A stretch of 64,000 bases of DNA from Eledone cirrhosa (taxonomy: Eukaryota), in contig OZ024750.1 in NCBI GenBank assembly GCA_964016885.1, positions 31,372,001-31,436,000 on the forward strand. Direction: 5' to 3'. Shown here one piece after another: positions 39,279 through 52,885 of this stretch (position 1 is the first letter of the stretch; each line of letters begins with the position of its first letter). The position numbers were made by a program, and so were the translations under genes. The notes beneath the pieces were generated by a model. That model saw only the letters and a program-made list of their open reading frames with translations. It was not told the origin of the DNA and made no database searches.

Positions 39279-39472
39279 TTGGCAGTATCGGTAAAGGGTC
39301 GGACGCCGTGCTTTCCAGCATAGTTACGTCCCTTAATGCTTTTCATTATCATATGTTCTGAGTTCAAATCCCGCCGAGGTTAACTTTGCCTTTCATCCTT
39401 ACGGGGTCTATAAAATAAAGTACCAGTAATGTACTGGTAATCGCTGGCCTTGTGCCAAAAGTAGAAACAATT
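39279..39472 (+). mobile_element. OK-like SINE
   Basis: Same consensus. Confidence 0.85.
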
Positions 39473-39588
39473 ATCATATTTCTAATGAAAGACGCTACCC
39501 AAATTTGTAGATAAATAAAATATATCAGTGTTGTTTACAGCGGCTTGAGTTGAGGTATGAAGCCTCCCTATAATATCCACGAATGAGT

Positions 39589-39736
39589 GGACAATTGGCA
39601 GAGTCGTTAGAACATCGGAAAAATTCTTTGGAATATTCGTTTTGGCTCTGCTCTCAAATCCCGCCAACGTCACCTTTGTCTTTCATCTATTCAACGTCAA
39701 TAAAAAACGTACTAGCGGCGTCGACTTTTTCCTCTA

Positions 39737-39784
<48 letters not shown>

Positions 39785-39885
39785 GAAGAAATCGGTTGTG
39801 TTCAGATCTGGAGAGGAGATGGACTCCTCCAGGGTTCGAAAAAATACACCAAGAAGCGCCATATGTCACTGCGGTACACCTGTGG
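39589..39885 (+). mobile_element. OK-like SINE with extended tail
   Basis: Same architecture as 13349, with an expanded (CT)n linker. Confidence 0.7.
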
Positions 39886-40526
39886 ATGTTACTTAATTTT
39901 TCCAGCAGATATACTTGCAAAGGTGTCACCCCGTCGGGTAGCGACGGAGATTTGCTAAAAATTATAATTGCACTTTTTAAAAATGGTATATTCATGAAAA
40001 TTAAGATGATTTCGGTAGAAAGACGGTAAAAATATATTATTTAAAAAAAATAGTAAAGATATATCAAATTAACTTTTATTTAAAATAAGCATAATTTTAA
40101 CTGTAATATAACTAAACACGGGAAATAAGGAGAGAAGCAACTTTTAATTTTATGAAATAAATAAAAAAATGAATAAGTCGAAGTGTATAGCTAAAGGGGA
40201 GTAATTAAGATTTGAATTTTAAATTTGTATGTTGGTAACGTGAGAGATAGTGAAAGAAAGAAAAGAAACTAATAGTTAAATTTGAATTACGTAAAACGTT
40301 GGAATTCATTTTTATACAGTTGAGAAGGAGGGATTGATTGAAAAAAAATTCTATTCTAAATAATTAGAATGTATATCTTAATTTGAAACCAATTAATTGG
40401 GTATATAACGTTACAAAAGTGATTAAACTTGGGAGGATAAAGTTATAAAAGTAAATGAGTTTAGAACTTACAAAGATTTATCTGTGTTAGGTGTTTATTG
40501 ATTTTTATTATAGGGGGAATTTCAAA

Positions 40527-40670
40527 GGCAGTGGATTGGCAATATTGGTAGAACATCGGACAACATACCTCGCTACATATCATTTAGGCCGTTTAGGTTC
40601 TGAGTTCAAATCCCGCCTTACAGAGACGATAAAATAAAGTACCAGTCTAGCACTGGGGCCAATTTAATCG
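40527..40670 (+). mobile_element. OK-like SINE (internally deleted)
   Basis: Head and B-box present. Confidence 0.7.
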
Positions 40671-41104
40671 TAGACGGATGAACTCTACGAATAGAGAATA
40701 TTGTATTAAATTTCTTGGTAGACTTAAAAAAAATAGTCTCTAGAAGATGCAAAGAATCCAGCACTGTAAAGTATTTCACTTGTTTGAATGTGTAGGTGTA
40801 TCGACTACTGACGATGACAAGGCCTAACAGAACATGAAGAAATGATTATAATTACAGAACATGAAGAAATGATGATAATTTGTATTGATGGAAAAATAAT
40901 TATTGTACGTCTGGGAATAGTTTTGCTAATATCAGTGTAAATAGTACATCAATTATATTTGCTTGTCCTCACAACCAATTATATGTCAAAACAAAGAAAT
41001 CTAAGGATATCTCCCTTAAATAAATTTCAGAAACTGTAGCATTGAATTAATAATTTGTTATTTTCATAGTTTTCTGCCATTGTATGATGTAACGTTATTT
41101 CTCA

Positions 41105-41282
41105 TATGAACCTCAGTTTATCTATAATGTAGTGTTTGCTGTTTTAATCACTGGTCAACCAGCCTGGCTGACCTATTATGAAAGTAATTTTGGCTGAAAT
41201 TACTTACATAATAGGTTAGCCAGGCTGGTTGACCAGTGATTAAAACAGCAAACACTACATTATAGATAAACTGAAGTTCATA
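41105..41282. repeat. Near-perfect palindrome with arms of about 85 bp
   Basis: Arms pair almost fully. The centre reads GAAA-TTActtacaTA-ATA, compatible with the 3' half of an HHR. Confidence 0.8.
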
Positions 41283-41364
41283 GATAAGCTGGTGTTCTTT
41301 TTCAAACGTATGTACTGTTATGAAGGATCTGTAGCTACAACTTGTTAAATAGAGAGGCAGAACT

Positions 41365-41690
41365 AAGTAAACTTTATTTTACTATCCTAGGTGGGATTTT
41401 ATCTCAGGACGTAAAGAGCCGTACTATATACCGCAGAGCATGTTGTCCGACGCTCTACTGATGCTAGCAATCCATCGCTCTAATCCAAAGAAATAATGGT
41501 TTCTGATTTAGGCACAAGGCCAATAATTTTGGTGAGAGGGTAAGTCGATTAAATCGATCCCAGTGCGTTACTGGTACTTTATTTTATCGACCTCGTAAGG
41601 ATAAAAGACAAAGCTAATCTCGGTGGGATTTGGAATCATAACATAAAGGGACGTAATTTTATACCGCAAAGCATGTTGTCCGACGCACCA
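41365..41690 (-). mobile_element. Two OK-like SINE copies
   Basis: Reverse consensus, twice. Confidence 0.7.
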
Positions 41691-42463
41691 ATTATTAAAG
41701 TAATTTCAGCCGTGATCAGATTGTTAATCCTTTTCAAACATATTCTATCAAGTGAACGATCATAGCCGTTACTTGTTAATTGGGGGGGCATATAGTGGAT
41801 ACGTGAACAAATTTTAAGTGTCACTTAAAATGTAGCCATTTTGGAATCATTTGGTGTGTTTACAGATAAACAATCGTGCATTTGAGTCCTCAAATATTTT
41901 AATTAGTTTGTTTTAAGAATAACCTCTGAAAACCCACAAGGAGATTCGTAACATACCTGTATCTACACACAAATCAATGCATGTAACAATAACATTCCAT
42001 CTAAAACAAAGATATATAGGACTACGTTCCCAAAAGTAGATGGCTCATTCTCATCAATAGATATTTTAATTATGTCTATTTGAATCAGTCTATATGTAGA
42101 AAAGACGAATTAAAAATATGTATATCGAGAATATTATGTAATCGATGTGTGCAATTTTGCTCAGCAGTTCTTGGGTCAGATGCTTTTATGTAATTGGTGA
42201 AAGCAATGAAAGAATATATATATATATTTATTCATTTGTCATTTCATAATAAACTAGATATTTCTATCTATTAAAGCTTCTCTCTTCTTTCTTTATATGT
42301 GGGGTTTTCACGAAGTGGCTGGAGCACTATAACAAGTGCATTAACATCACATGATCCTATTTTGAAGGATATTAGAGTGTTGTACCTCTTTGAAATATCA
42401 CTCATGAAGAAGTGTCAAAACTTCCTGAATACACCTAGTATATATATATATATATATATATAA

Positions 42464-42580
42464 TTATTAGCTCAGATTAAAAAATTAACGAAGCAACTTC
42501 TGCTTTCACCTTTATACGTAATCTTCTAAATATCCCGTCTAAGGATCAAAGCAGAAATTGTTCGCTTTAACATTTAATCT
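42464..42580. repeat. Degenerate inverted repeat between (TA)n tracts
   Basis: Arms agattaa..gcaacttctgcttt and aaagcagaaattg..ttaatct. Minus arm reads GAAA-GCAgaagtTGC-TT. Confidence 0.5.
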
Positions 42581-42630
42581 TTGATAATAATAAATACTTG
42601 CTCTACGGTTTTATATTTGTATTTTTGCGA

Positions 42631-42688
<58 letters not shown>

Positions 42689-42759
42689 TCTTTAAAGGCA
42701 GTCTTCCAGCATAACTGCAGTCTAATGAATAATCCAGTAAGTGACTTAAATAAAAGAAC

Positions 42760-43200
42760 ACACGCACTACACTATATCACCTTGACCGACCAGTCTGTCG
42801 GGCGCCAACCGACGCCGGTGGTCACAGCACGTCGTGCTCTTTTAGCCATAAGATAACGCCATCCCACTGGCTGGGCGGGCAGGACAGTACTCATTTCTAC
42901 AGGTGAGTAAACTGGAGAAATGTGAAATAAGGTGTGTTGCTCAAACAAATAGCACATCACCTGGTCTGAGAATTGAATTCACAACCTTTCGATTGCAAGC
43001 CCAATGGTTTAACCACTAAGCCATACGCCTTCACACACTCGACTGTGTGTGTGTATGTATGTATATATATATAGTGGAGTGTGTGAAGACGTATGGCTTA
43101 GTGGTTAAAGCACTGGGCTTGCAATCGAAAGGTTGTGAGTTCAATTCTAGGACCGGGTGATGTGTTGTTTGCTTGACCAAGACACTTTATTTCACGTTGC
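42760..43200. mobile_element. Head-to-head pair of CORE-like SINEs
   Basis: A minus copy ends near 43032 and a plus copy starts near 43085, forming an inverted repeat. Confidence 0.75.
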
Positions 43201-43254
43201 CATTATTATATATATTCCATTTATTTAATATCATTGTGTATATATATATATATT

Positions 43255-43600
43255 TATACACAATGATGTTAAATAAATGGAAACTATATTTATAAAACCA
43301 TATTTATTCTATCATATATATTTTAAGGGTACCAACATTTTGGTACGCTATCATCAGATAAAATACGAAGTGTGTTTTATAAATTTTGACATAACCAAGG
43401 AGAATATACCTTAACGGTTCAAGTTTTCCTTGGATACTCCGTTAAGTTATATTCTCCTTGGTTTTGTCAACATTTATAAAACACACTTCGTATTTTATCT
43501 GATGATAGCGTACCAAAATGTTGGTACCCTTGAAATATATATCATAGAATAAATATGGTTTTATAAATATAGTTTCCATTTATTTAATATCATTGTATAT
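43255..43600. repeat. Inverted repeat of an HHR-containing pLTR; the left HHR (43305-43365, minus) is mutated
   Basis: Arms of about 160 bp centred near 43425. The left copy has GAAA changed to AAAA and the cleavage C changed to G. Confidence 0.8.
43491..43551 (+). ncRNA. Minimal type I hammerhead ribozyme
   Basis: TATTTTAT-CTGATGA-tAGcGTACCAA..TTGGTACcCTt-GAAA-TATAT-ATC-ATAGAATA. Stem III is the palindrome ATATATAT. Confidence 0.68.
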
Positions 43601-43789
43601 TATACTCCATAAAATCTGTCAAGTGCTCTGAATCAGTTATAAACATTTATATTTGTTGAATTACCAACAAATTAAATATCCCTTCTGCTTATATATATAT
43701 ATATATATATACCAACAAATTGAATATCCCTTCTGCTTATATTTATATATATATATATAAATATAAGCAGAATGGATATTCAATTTGTT

Positions 43790-43838
<49 letters not shown>

Positions 43839-43964
43839 CATATGCAAATGACGTCTACAGGACTAAAACTATTTCATTCGTTTGAGATTACCAGTAAAAT
43901 CCTAATCTTTTCAAACGAACGAATGTAACATTTCTAGACCAGTAGAAGTCTTTCTATATGAAAT

Positions 43965-44151
43965 AATTGTTTCTACTTTAGGCACAAGGCCAGCAATTAC
44001 CCAGTACATTACTGGTACTTTATTTTATCGACCCCCGTAAGGATGAAAGGCAAAGTCAACCTCGGCGGGATTTGAACTCAGATCGTAAAGGGACATAACT
44101 ATGCTGGAAAGCATGGCGTCCGACCCTCTACCGATACTGCCAATCCACCGC
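43965..44151 (-). mobile_element. Full-length OK-like SINE
   Basis: Reverse of the 38212 consensus. Confidence 0.88.
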
Positions 44152-44269
44152 CCTTCTATGTGAAATCTATATGAAATAATGACCTTCTCTACTGATGTAA
44201 GGACCACCTTATTTCATTAAGCTTGCCTTCTCTGCCTCTTGGAAAATCACTTTTGTTACGATCTCCTTC

Positions 44270-44520
44270 AGTCACGAATGATCATGAGAATTGTACCTAG
44301 GAAGTTCCCCGTTAACGCACGCCAGTGATATTGTCACGGAGAGAGGTAAAAGCCGATATGGCTTGACACCACTGACATCGCAATTGATTTTTACTGTTAA
44401 ATGAACTGGAGCAATGTCAAATAAAGTGTCTTGATCAAGGACACAACGTTTCGCCCTGTCCAAGCTTCGTAATACAAACTCACGACTGTTAACCTAACTC
44501 GCTAACAACTAAGACCCGCG
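44270..44520 (-). mobile_element. CORE-like SINE
   Basis: gtgtccttgatcaagacactttattt on the minus strand; the tail is shared with 55832-56110. Confidence 0.65.
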
Positions 44521-44660
44521 CATATATATATATAAATTGTTATACTTTGGGAGGGTCATGTTGCCCATAAAAACGCACGCATCTGTTGGATTTCACTTCA
44601 ATTTATTATAAATTTCCAGTTGGCTGGTTGGTTTGATAACCCGATGGTTGTTTATATATT

Positions 44661-44703
44661 GTCAAAGCTCTTTCGTCACACATTCTGCGACCTCCTCAGT
44701 GAC
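44661..44703 (-). ncRNA. Minimal type I hammerhead ribozyme
   Basis: Minus strand reads GTCA-CTGAGGA-gGTCGCAgaatgTGTGAC-GAAA-GAG-CTT-TGAC. The downstream tail ends in (TA)n near 44530. Confidence 0.6.
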
Positions 44704-45068
44704 CAGGTTTTTATTTTGTGTGTCTCTCTTTTGTTCAGTCCTACACCATCTTGTTTTTGCGTGCTGTGTGACCCTCCCAAAGTATAACAGTACCTGTTTC
44801 AACACACGTTTTCAGATAAGAAATCTCGCAAAACAAATTAAAAAACGAATTATATATATATATTATATGCAAAAGTAAACAAAAATAACAAAGCAAAAGA
44901 CGCAGTACAATGGAAAAATATTGATGTAGTAGGAATAGAGATCTAAGGTTTTGGACGCTAGTCTTACATTAGAAAATAGAAAGACGGAGGAGAGTGAGCA
45001 GGGAAAGAATTTCATCTAGAAAAAGCATGTCTGTTCATTTCGCGTGTGTGTATGTGTGTGTGTGTGTA

Positions 45069-45185
<117 letters not shown>

Positions 45186-46605
45186 GTACCCGTGTCTTTA
45201 ATGCAAATCTACAATTGTTAGTATAAAATTGGTTGTTTGAATCTGATAAGCGGAGATGAAACTATTAAAAGGGAAACGGTGTACCACACATGAATCATTT
45301 TTTTTGTTTCTATCTGACAGCGTGACATATTAATATTTCTCGAAACTTTGAGGTCTTTAACTTCTTTAAATCTCTAAACTAGTCATTTGTGTCCCATGCA
45401 CACGTCAGATATAAATGACATTTCAATAAATACTTTAGTTCTCTTGTCTTTGTTCTACTGTGTAGTGAAGAGATACAAAGAAAAGTTCAATACATAAACA
45501 ATTACTTTCACAATTTGTTGAAAAATCTAATTACAAGTTTTCACTTCAATTAATTTAAAGAAATTAATGAAATTCTTTCAAGACTACTAGTCTCTCACTG
45601 CATTGACTAAAAACCTTAAATACTAGAATTAGTAACTATTATTTGGTTCAGTAAATTATTATTGAGATGGACCAAATGTAAAAGTTTATCTTATTTCATG
45701 AACGGTCGCTGCCATTCCTTTTCTTTTAACTTGTTCGCTATTTAGCGAATATTACTTTTTCCCTTCAGCCAACAACTTCCATTCTCTGAATCATTACTGT
45801 AAATTACGACTTGTTTTTTAGATTGGCCTTAGGCCATATAATTCTCGACAAATGTCAAAATCGAAACGTATCCAGCACATGACTGGCCTAACCTTTATTG
45901 GCATCAGAAGGACGAAAGGCCAAGTCGACCTGGAAGGAATTCTAAAACAAAGAAATGAAGGCATATAATTGCTGGTTTCTCACACTTCTTCTCCTCCACA
46001 CAAATAACCAACAAAGTTCTAGTTTGGCAAGATTGTTTACTACTAATTTAATGTCTATAAACCTGTTTATATTTATATATTTATATGTTTAAATAGCAGT
46101 TTAATAATCTTAACGAAAGACTATTAATGACCAAATACATATGAAAATACACACTTCATTAAACTGCAATTTAAATGGGCAATCTGATACATTGGTGGCA
46201 TGAAGTCAATTTCAAAATATAGCGGGTACAAAGAAAATGCAGCTCATTCTTATAGTTACCATCAAGTATCTCACACATCTCACACCAACCGTCTTGAAAA
46301 TATAGCTATGTATTACATAAAATAGACGCAAAGGTGGGAATTCATCTGAACCAGGTGAAACAATACTATAGAAATACCACAGTTAATGAACTATTGTCAA
46401 GATCAGAAATTAGTTTCTACTGGAGGTTTCGATTCTGAAGCGGATTGATATTATAATACGTATAACATCAGTAATCATGGAGGCTAATGCGCGCGCGCGA
46501 CGTGTGTTTGCGTGTCTGTCTGTTTGTCTGTCTGTCTGCCTGTTTGCCTGCCTGTTTGTGTGTGTGTGAGTTTGTGTGTGTGTGTGTGTGTGTGAGTGTG
46601 TGTGT

Positions 46606-46637
<32 letters not shown>

Positions 46638-47544
46638 TGGTAGTGATGGTTATAAGGTGGAAGAGAATTTGAAGTTGTCAGTAATTTAGTTGCTGTGATC
46701 CGTGAAACGAAATGATGTTTCAGACGAAGGCCTTTCATCAGACTGGTAAAGTTATGGGTGGTGTAATTGAGATCAAATGAGAGGAATGATTGGCATGAAA
46801 AGCACAAGAAACGAATCGTTAGATGTTGTGTTAGCCTACAGCACATTATTCAAGTTTCAAGACACCAATGCAAACCTAGTTTATTGCATTTGTTGTCAAA
46901 GATGTTTTGTATTGTTACTTAAACGGGGGCATTAGTAGCCAACTTAGAACCAATGTTGATTTTATTTTTAAATTACAGTCTTTATCATGATAGCTAAAAT
47001 GTCTCTAGCATAAGATTACAGTAAAGTCTAGACATCTTTAGAAATTTATTGTTAAAGAATATTTGCCTGTAAAGAGAGCAGTAATTAGAGCAAAAATAAA
47101 TATTTTCTGTATAACTTGCAATTTTAATATTTTCTTGTCTAGCTTTCTATATCAGTCAAAGAAAGTTCAATTTCGTTCAAAATTTTAACATTACTTTGTA
47201 AATGTATAACTATATAAAGAAATAAAATTATTTAGTTTCTTAATTTAATAAGCAGGTTTAAATAAAATGGTATATATCGAATATTGAGGACTGATTGCTC
47301 ACTCTAGGTTTAAAAATAACAAAAATGAAAAATAGTGTGGAAGCATGAAAACCATATACAATATGAATATCTGCGATTATAATCTCTAATATTGAATAGA
47401 ATTCAATTTGATATAAAGGAGTTACACCAGACGAAATTCTATTATAAACTATATGGGTGTTTCAATACAGTTCAGATCTCTAACTACTGTCTCTTTGTTA
47501 AAAGGTTAAACATATTTTTTCAATACGCTACTTACTGACACACA

Positions 47545-47553
47545 CACCACACT

Positions 47554-47645
<92 letters not shown>

Positions 47646-47652
47646 CACATAC

Positions 47653-47695
<43 letters not shown>

Positions 47696-47702
47696 CACAT
47701 AC

Positions 47703-47761
<59 letters not shown>

Positions 47762-47925
47762 AATATTTAGGTATACATAAAATCGTTTACATGCACACAA
47801 ATATGTATACATATTCATATTGATGTTTCTCATAAATATGCATGTCTGTGAAAGGCATGTATGTTTACACACCCACACCCATATATATATATATACACAT
47901 ATATATATATATATATATATATGTG

Positions 47926-47965
<40 letters not shown>

Positions 47966-47969
47966 CATG

Positions 47970-48001
<32 letters not shown>

Positions 48002-48003
48002 TA

Positions 48004-48084
<81 letters not shown>

Positions 48085-48158
48085 ATATATATGTATATAT
48101 ATATGTATGTATATATATATATATATATATATATAGATGTGTGTGTATTTATATAATG

Positions 48159-48190
<32 letters not shown>

Positions 48191-48200
48191 GATGTGTGTG

Positions 48201-48262
<62 letters not shown>
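47545..48262. repeat. Long compound (CA)n/(TA)n microsatellite
   Basis: Direct inspection. Many further (TA)n, (CA)n, (GA)n, (ACT)n and (AAT)n tracts occur across the window. Confidence 0.95.
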
Positions 48263-48264
<2 letters not shown>

Positions 48265-48265
<1 letters not shown>

Positions 48266-48430
48266 GTCTTCTACAGGACTAGAACTGTTTCATTCTAGGA
48301 AAAATCATCATATGATTTCCTTTGAATAGAACTTCTAGTCATGTTAGAAGCCATTTCTATATGAAATTTTATATATACCCAACTAACATATCGTACCTTA
48401 CTGTGGTTACCCCCGATTGAACCCGGGACT
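48265..48430. repeat. Palindromic HHR remnant (family of 6374)
   Basis: Minus arm reads tgatga-tttttcctagaat-GAAAcagttcta-GTC. It shares the tail ctgtggttacccccgat..aacccgggact with 6307-6345. Confidence 0.6.
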
Positions 48431-48474
48431 CTCACACACGCGCATACACACGCACACACACACACATACACACA

Positions 48475-48505
<31 letters not shown>

Positions 48506-48786
48506 TATTATATATATACATATATATTAGTGCAGAGTAGTTATGATGCAGATAGACTCTCAAAATCTCTGTGTCAGATAAGCAGGCGTTACTTAAAACT
48601 TAGCAGGCAAGAAAGCAGCCATTAGCCAGCACCAACAAATTTATACAAGCGGGATAGGATGGACGTCCATTTGTGTTGGTATTGTAGACAGAGGGGCAGT
48701 GTAGCATACATTCCTTCAGGGGTTAAAAACGTACTTGTCTACGGGATAGTAAACCGAATACCTCATGAGAAACTGCCTATATCCAT

Positions 48787-48975
48787 AATTGTTTCTACTT
48801 TTGGCACAAGATCAGCAATTACCCAGTGTATTACTGGTACTTTATTTTATCGACCCCGTAAGGATGAAAGGCAAAGTTAACATCGGCGGGATTTGAACTC
48901 AGAATGGCAAGGGATGTAACTCTATGCGTCAAAGCATGGCGTCTGACCCTCTACCGCTACTGCCAATCCACCGCC
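48787..48975 (-). mobile_element. Full-length OK-like SINE
   Basis: Reverse consensus. Confidence 0.85.
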
Positions 48976-48996
48976 TATAACCATAATACTCTGGAA

Positions 48997-49100
48997 CGAG
49001 CCCTGCGAGGTGGAATGGCTCTTCTAGCGTGTCTTCCCCGCTGTCTTCCAGGGCAATGTCTTCTCCATCCAGTTGGACGAGATCCAGAGGTGGGGGTAAG
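48997..49100 (+). mobile_element. CRE-like RLE remnant
   Basis: EPCEVEWLF*RVFPAVFQGNVFSI. Confidence 0.55.
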
Positions 49101-49227
49101 TTAGTTGGTAGTAGAGAAACACTAAACCCGAAGGAAACTGAGACTATCTAACAGGTGGTTCGTACGTGGGGTGGGAGAAAGCAAGCAAATCCAGTAAAAT
49201 TATCAAATACAAAACTAGAAAGTCCCA

Positions 49228-49430
49228 ATAATGGTCTCTGATTCAGGCACGAGGCCAACAATTTAAGGGGGAAATCGATTAATTCGACCTCAGTGCGTTA
49301 CTGGTACTCTATTCTATCTATCTTATAACGATGAAAGGCCAAGTTAACCTCGGCGGGATTTGAACTCAGAATGTAAAAGGCAGAACTACATGCTGCAAAG
49401 CATATTGTCCGATTCTTTACCAATCTACCA
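49228..49430 (-). mobile_element. OK-like SINE
   Basis: Reverse consensus. Confidence 0.75.
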
Positions 49431-50529
49431 CTCTTAGCTTAGCATATAATGTTACTGAATATTTGCCTAGTTGACATTGTCCTGTACATAATATAGTTTG
49501 GTCAGTAAAGAAGAGCTTAAATGACGAAACTGCCTTCTATTATTTGGACATCGTTATATAGTTAACTTAAATAAATGAAATACAGATTACATTTAATTAC
49601 GTAATTTAAGTCGATATAAAACGATTATTAGGAATATTAATTTTGTTTTGTATATTCTGCAGGAATGGAACCTTTTGATCATAAATTTGCCTTGAGTTAA
49701 AATAAAATTAAGTGAATATAAATAAAGGTCAAGTGAAATTATTATCGATTTTCTAATAAAGTCTTTCATACACAAGTAACCATTGAGGATGTTGAAGTTA
49801 ATTATACATTTAAGCATTATTAAAGTAAAATGGAGGTGGTGGTGTTGGTGATGTGAGTAATGCAGGTGATTTATGTAATGGTGTAATTTACTTAAAGTTT
49901 TACGGCAGAATATTTTACAGTTAATAAAGCTTCAAGTATCGTTAGTTCAACACATTGCAATAGTTCTGTTTTATATTAAAACTAATCTCTATATAACCAA
50001 ACACACTGAAATACACATACATACACACGTATGCACAACACAGACACACATATGTGTGTAGCTAAAATAGTAGATGATACTTATCGGTGGGAAATGTAGT
50101 TCCTTCTTCGTCAAAGGAAAACTTGGTTCCCTGTGAATATAACATTTTACGCGTTGAGAATGTTTGAGAATTTGCTTAAATCAGTGTGAATTGTTCATAG
50201 ATTTTGAAGGAACAGTTAAGGTGCAGGAGAAGCAATGTTTGTTATTAAGGGAGGTAACGCCTGGCAATAATTTCTGAGTCTGTTAGTCGATAATGACCCA
50301 AAGATTTGATTCGTTCACGAGCGAAATTAGAGAGCATTCTGTAAAGAATTATTGCAAAATGATCCTCAGACAGTAGAGACGGCCGTTATGTGATCCACTG
50401 CAATATGGTGTACGCTCTCGAAAATGTCTCAAATTACAATAGGGTAAGTCATGTTAATAATCCCTAAACATCCAAACATAAACGGGACAAGGAAATGGGA
50501 TTTACTCTCACTCAGGATCTGAAGGAACT

Positions 50530-50873
50530 TAAATGGTGATTATAACACTGTATGGATTCGATGGGTGTAGATCACCGCTGCATCTAAAAACCTCTTCGGT
50601 CACTAATGACCATAGGATTTGCATCTTGAGATTTCCCTTCCGAGACACAAGCCTGGGCAAGGTTGTTTGTGGAAGATCAGCAGTTCCCAATGCATACCGG
50701 TCTCCCCTCTCCACGCCACCGATGTTGTCCCAATGAAAGGCAATAGCCGATATATCTTGCAACTTATTTCTACAGCTGGGTGAACTGGAGCAACGTGAAA
50801 TAAATTAAGGAATCGAACTCACAACCTCACAATCGCAAGTCCAACGCTCTAACCATTAAGTCATGCACTTTCA
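50530..50873 (-). mobile_element. CORE-like SINE with long body
   Basis: tRNA-like head at 50810-50873 and ttcacgttgctccagttcac. Confidence 0.7.
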
Positions 50874-50969
50874 CCGTACCGCTGCCTATCATCCGTATTA
50901 TGTTTACATAAAAAATATTTTACATGGATTTAGGTTGTTTCTTTGATATGGAAAACAGGGACAACAAAC

Positions 50970-52645
50970 ATTGTCTAAGTCTAATATATTATAGATAGGT
51001 GTTTTAAATATTGTCTAAGTCTATTACATCAGAGATAGGTGTTTTAAATATTGTCTAAGTCTATTACATCAGAGATAGGTGTTTTAAATATTGTCTAAGT
51101 CTATTACATCAGAGATAGGTGTTTTAAATATTGTCTAAGTCTAATGTATTATAGATAGCTATTTTAAACATTGCCTAAGTCTCATATATAATAGATAGGT
51201 GTTTTAAATATTGTCTAAGTCTATTACATCAGAGATAGGTGTTTTAAATATTGTCTAAGTCTAATGTATTATAGATAGCTATTTTAAACATTGCCTAAGT
51301 CTCATATATAATAGATAGGTGTTTTAAATATTGTCTAAGTCTATTACATCAGAGATAGGTGTTTTAAATATTGTCTAAGTCTAATGTATTATAGATAGCT
51401 ATTTTAAACATTGCCTAAGTCACATATATAATAGATAGGTGTTTTAAATATTGTCTAAGTCTAATATATTATAGGTAGGTGTTTTAAATATTGTCTAAGT
51501 CTAATGTATTATAGATAGCTATTTTAAACATTGCCTAAGTCTCATATATAATAGATAGGTGTTTTAAATATTGTCTAAGTCTATTACACCAGAGATAGGT
51601 GTTTTAAATATTGTCTAAGTCTAATGTATTATAGATAGCTATTTTAAAGATTGTCTAAGTCTAATATATTATAGATAGCTGTTTTAAATATTGCCTAAGT
51701 CTAATATATTATAGATAGCTGTTTTAAAGATTGCCTAAGTCTAATATATTATAGATAGGTGTTTTAAACATTGTCTAAGTTTAATATATTGTAGATAGTT
51801 GTTTTAAACATTGTCTAAGTCTAATATATTATAGATAGCTGTTTTACATATAGACTAAGTCTAATATATTATAGATAGGTGTTTTAAACATTGTCTAAGT
51901 CTAATATATTATAGATAGGTGTTTTAAACATAGTCTAAGTCTAATATATTATAGATAGGTGTTTTAAACATTGTCTAAATCTAATATATTATAGATAGCT
52001 GTTTTAAACATAGTCTAAGTCTAATATATAATAGATAGGTGTTTTAAACATTGTCTAAGTCTAATATATTATAGATAGCTGTTTTAAACATTGTCTAAGT
52101 CTAATATATAATAGATAGGTGTTTTAAACATTGTCTAAGTCTATTATATAATAGATAGCTGTTTTAAACATTGCCTAAGTCTAATATATAATAGATAGCT
52201 GTTTTAAAGATTGTCTAAGTCTAATATATTATAGATAGGTGTTTTAAACATTGTGTAAGTTTAATATATTGTACATAATTGTTTTAAACATTGTCTAAGT
52301 CTAATATATAATAGATAGGTGTTTTAAACATTGTCTAAGTCTAATATATAATAGATAGTTGTTTTAAACATTGTCTAAGTCTAATATATAATAGATAGGT
52401 GTTTTAAACATTGTCTAAGTCTAATATATAATAGATAGTTGTTTTAAACATTGTCTAAGTCTAATATATAATAGATAGTTGTTTTAAACATTGTCTAAGT
52501 CTAATATATAATAGATAGTTGTTTTAAACATTGTCTAAGTCTAATATATAATAGATAGTTGTTTTAAACATTGTCTAAGTCTAATATATAATAGATAGGT
52601 GTTTTAAATATTGCCTAAGTCTAATATATTATAGATAGCTGTTTT
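50970..52645. repeat. 40-bp satellite (about 42 units) with a local 120-bp higher-order repeat
   Basis: Unit ttgtctaagtctaatatattatagataggtgttttaaaca. Confidence 0.95.
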
Positions 52646-52800
52646 ATGCTGTTTTAAGACCGATTATTTCCTTTAGGTGACTGGCAAATAACTATCAATT
52701 TTTGTAGGATTTGCTGCTATGTTGATGTAGTCTTGTCTCATACCTTTCACTCTCTGAGAATCTCCCCAAGAGGTAACGTGGACAGACGCTCACACACACT

Positions 52801-52885
<85 letters not shown>

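Noticed and set aside
43085-43160. tRNA gene-like heads (also 21270-21348 and 60398-60470)
   Set aside because: They continue into SINE bodies and lack a proper acceptor stem and terminator.
46700-46748. Minus-strand CTGATGA-aAGGCcttcGTCT-GAAAC hammerhead-like motif
   Set aside because: Stems I and III do not pair convincingly; at most a decayed remnant.
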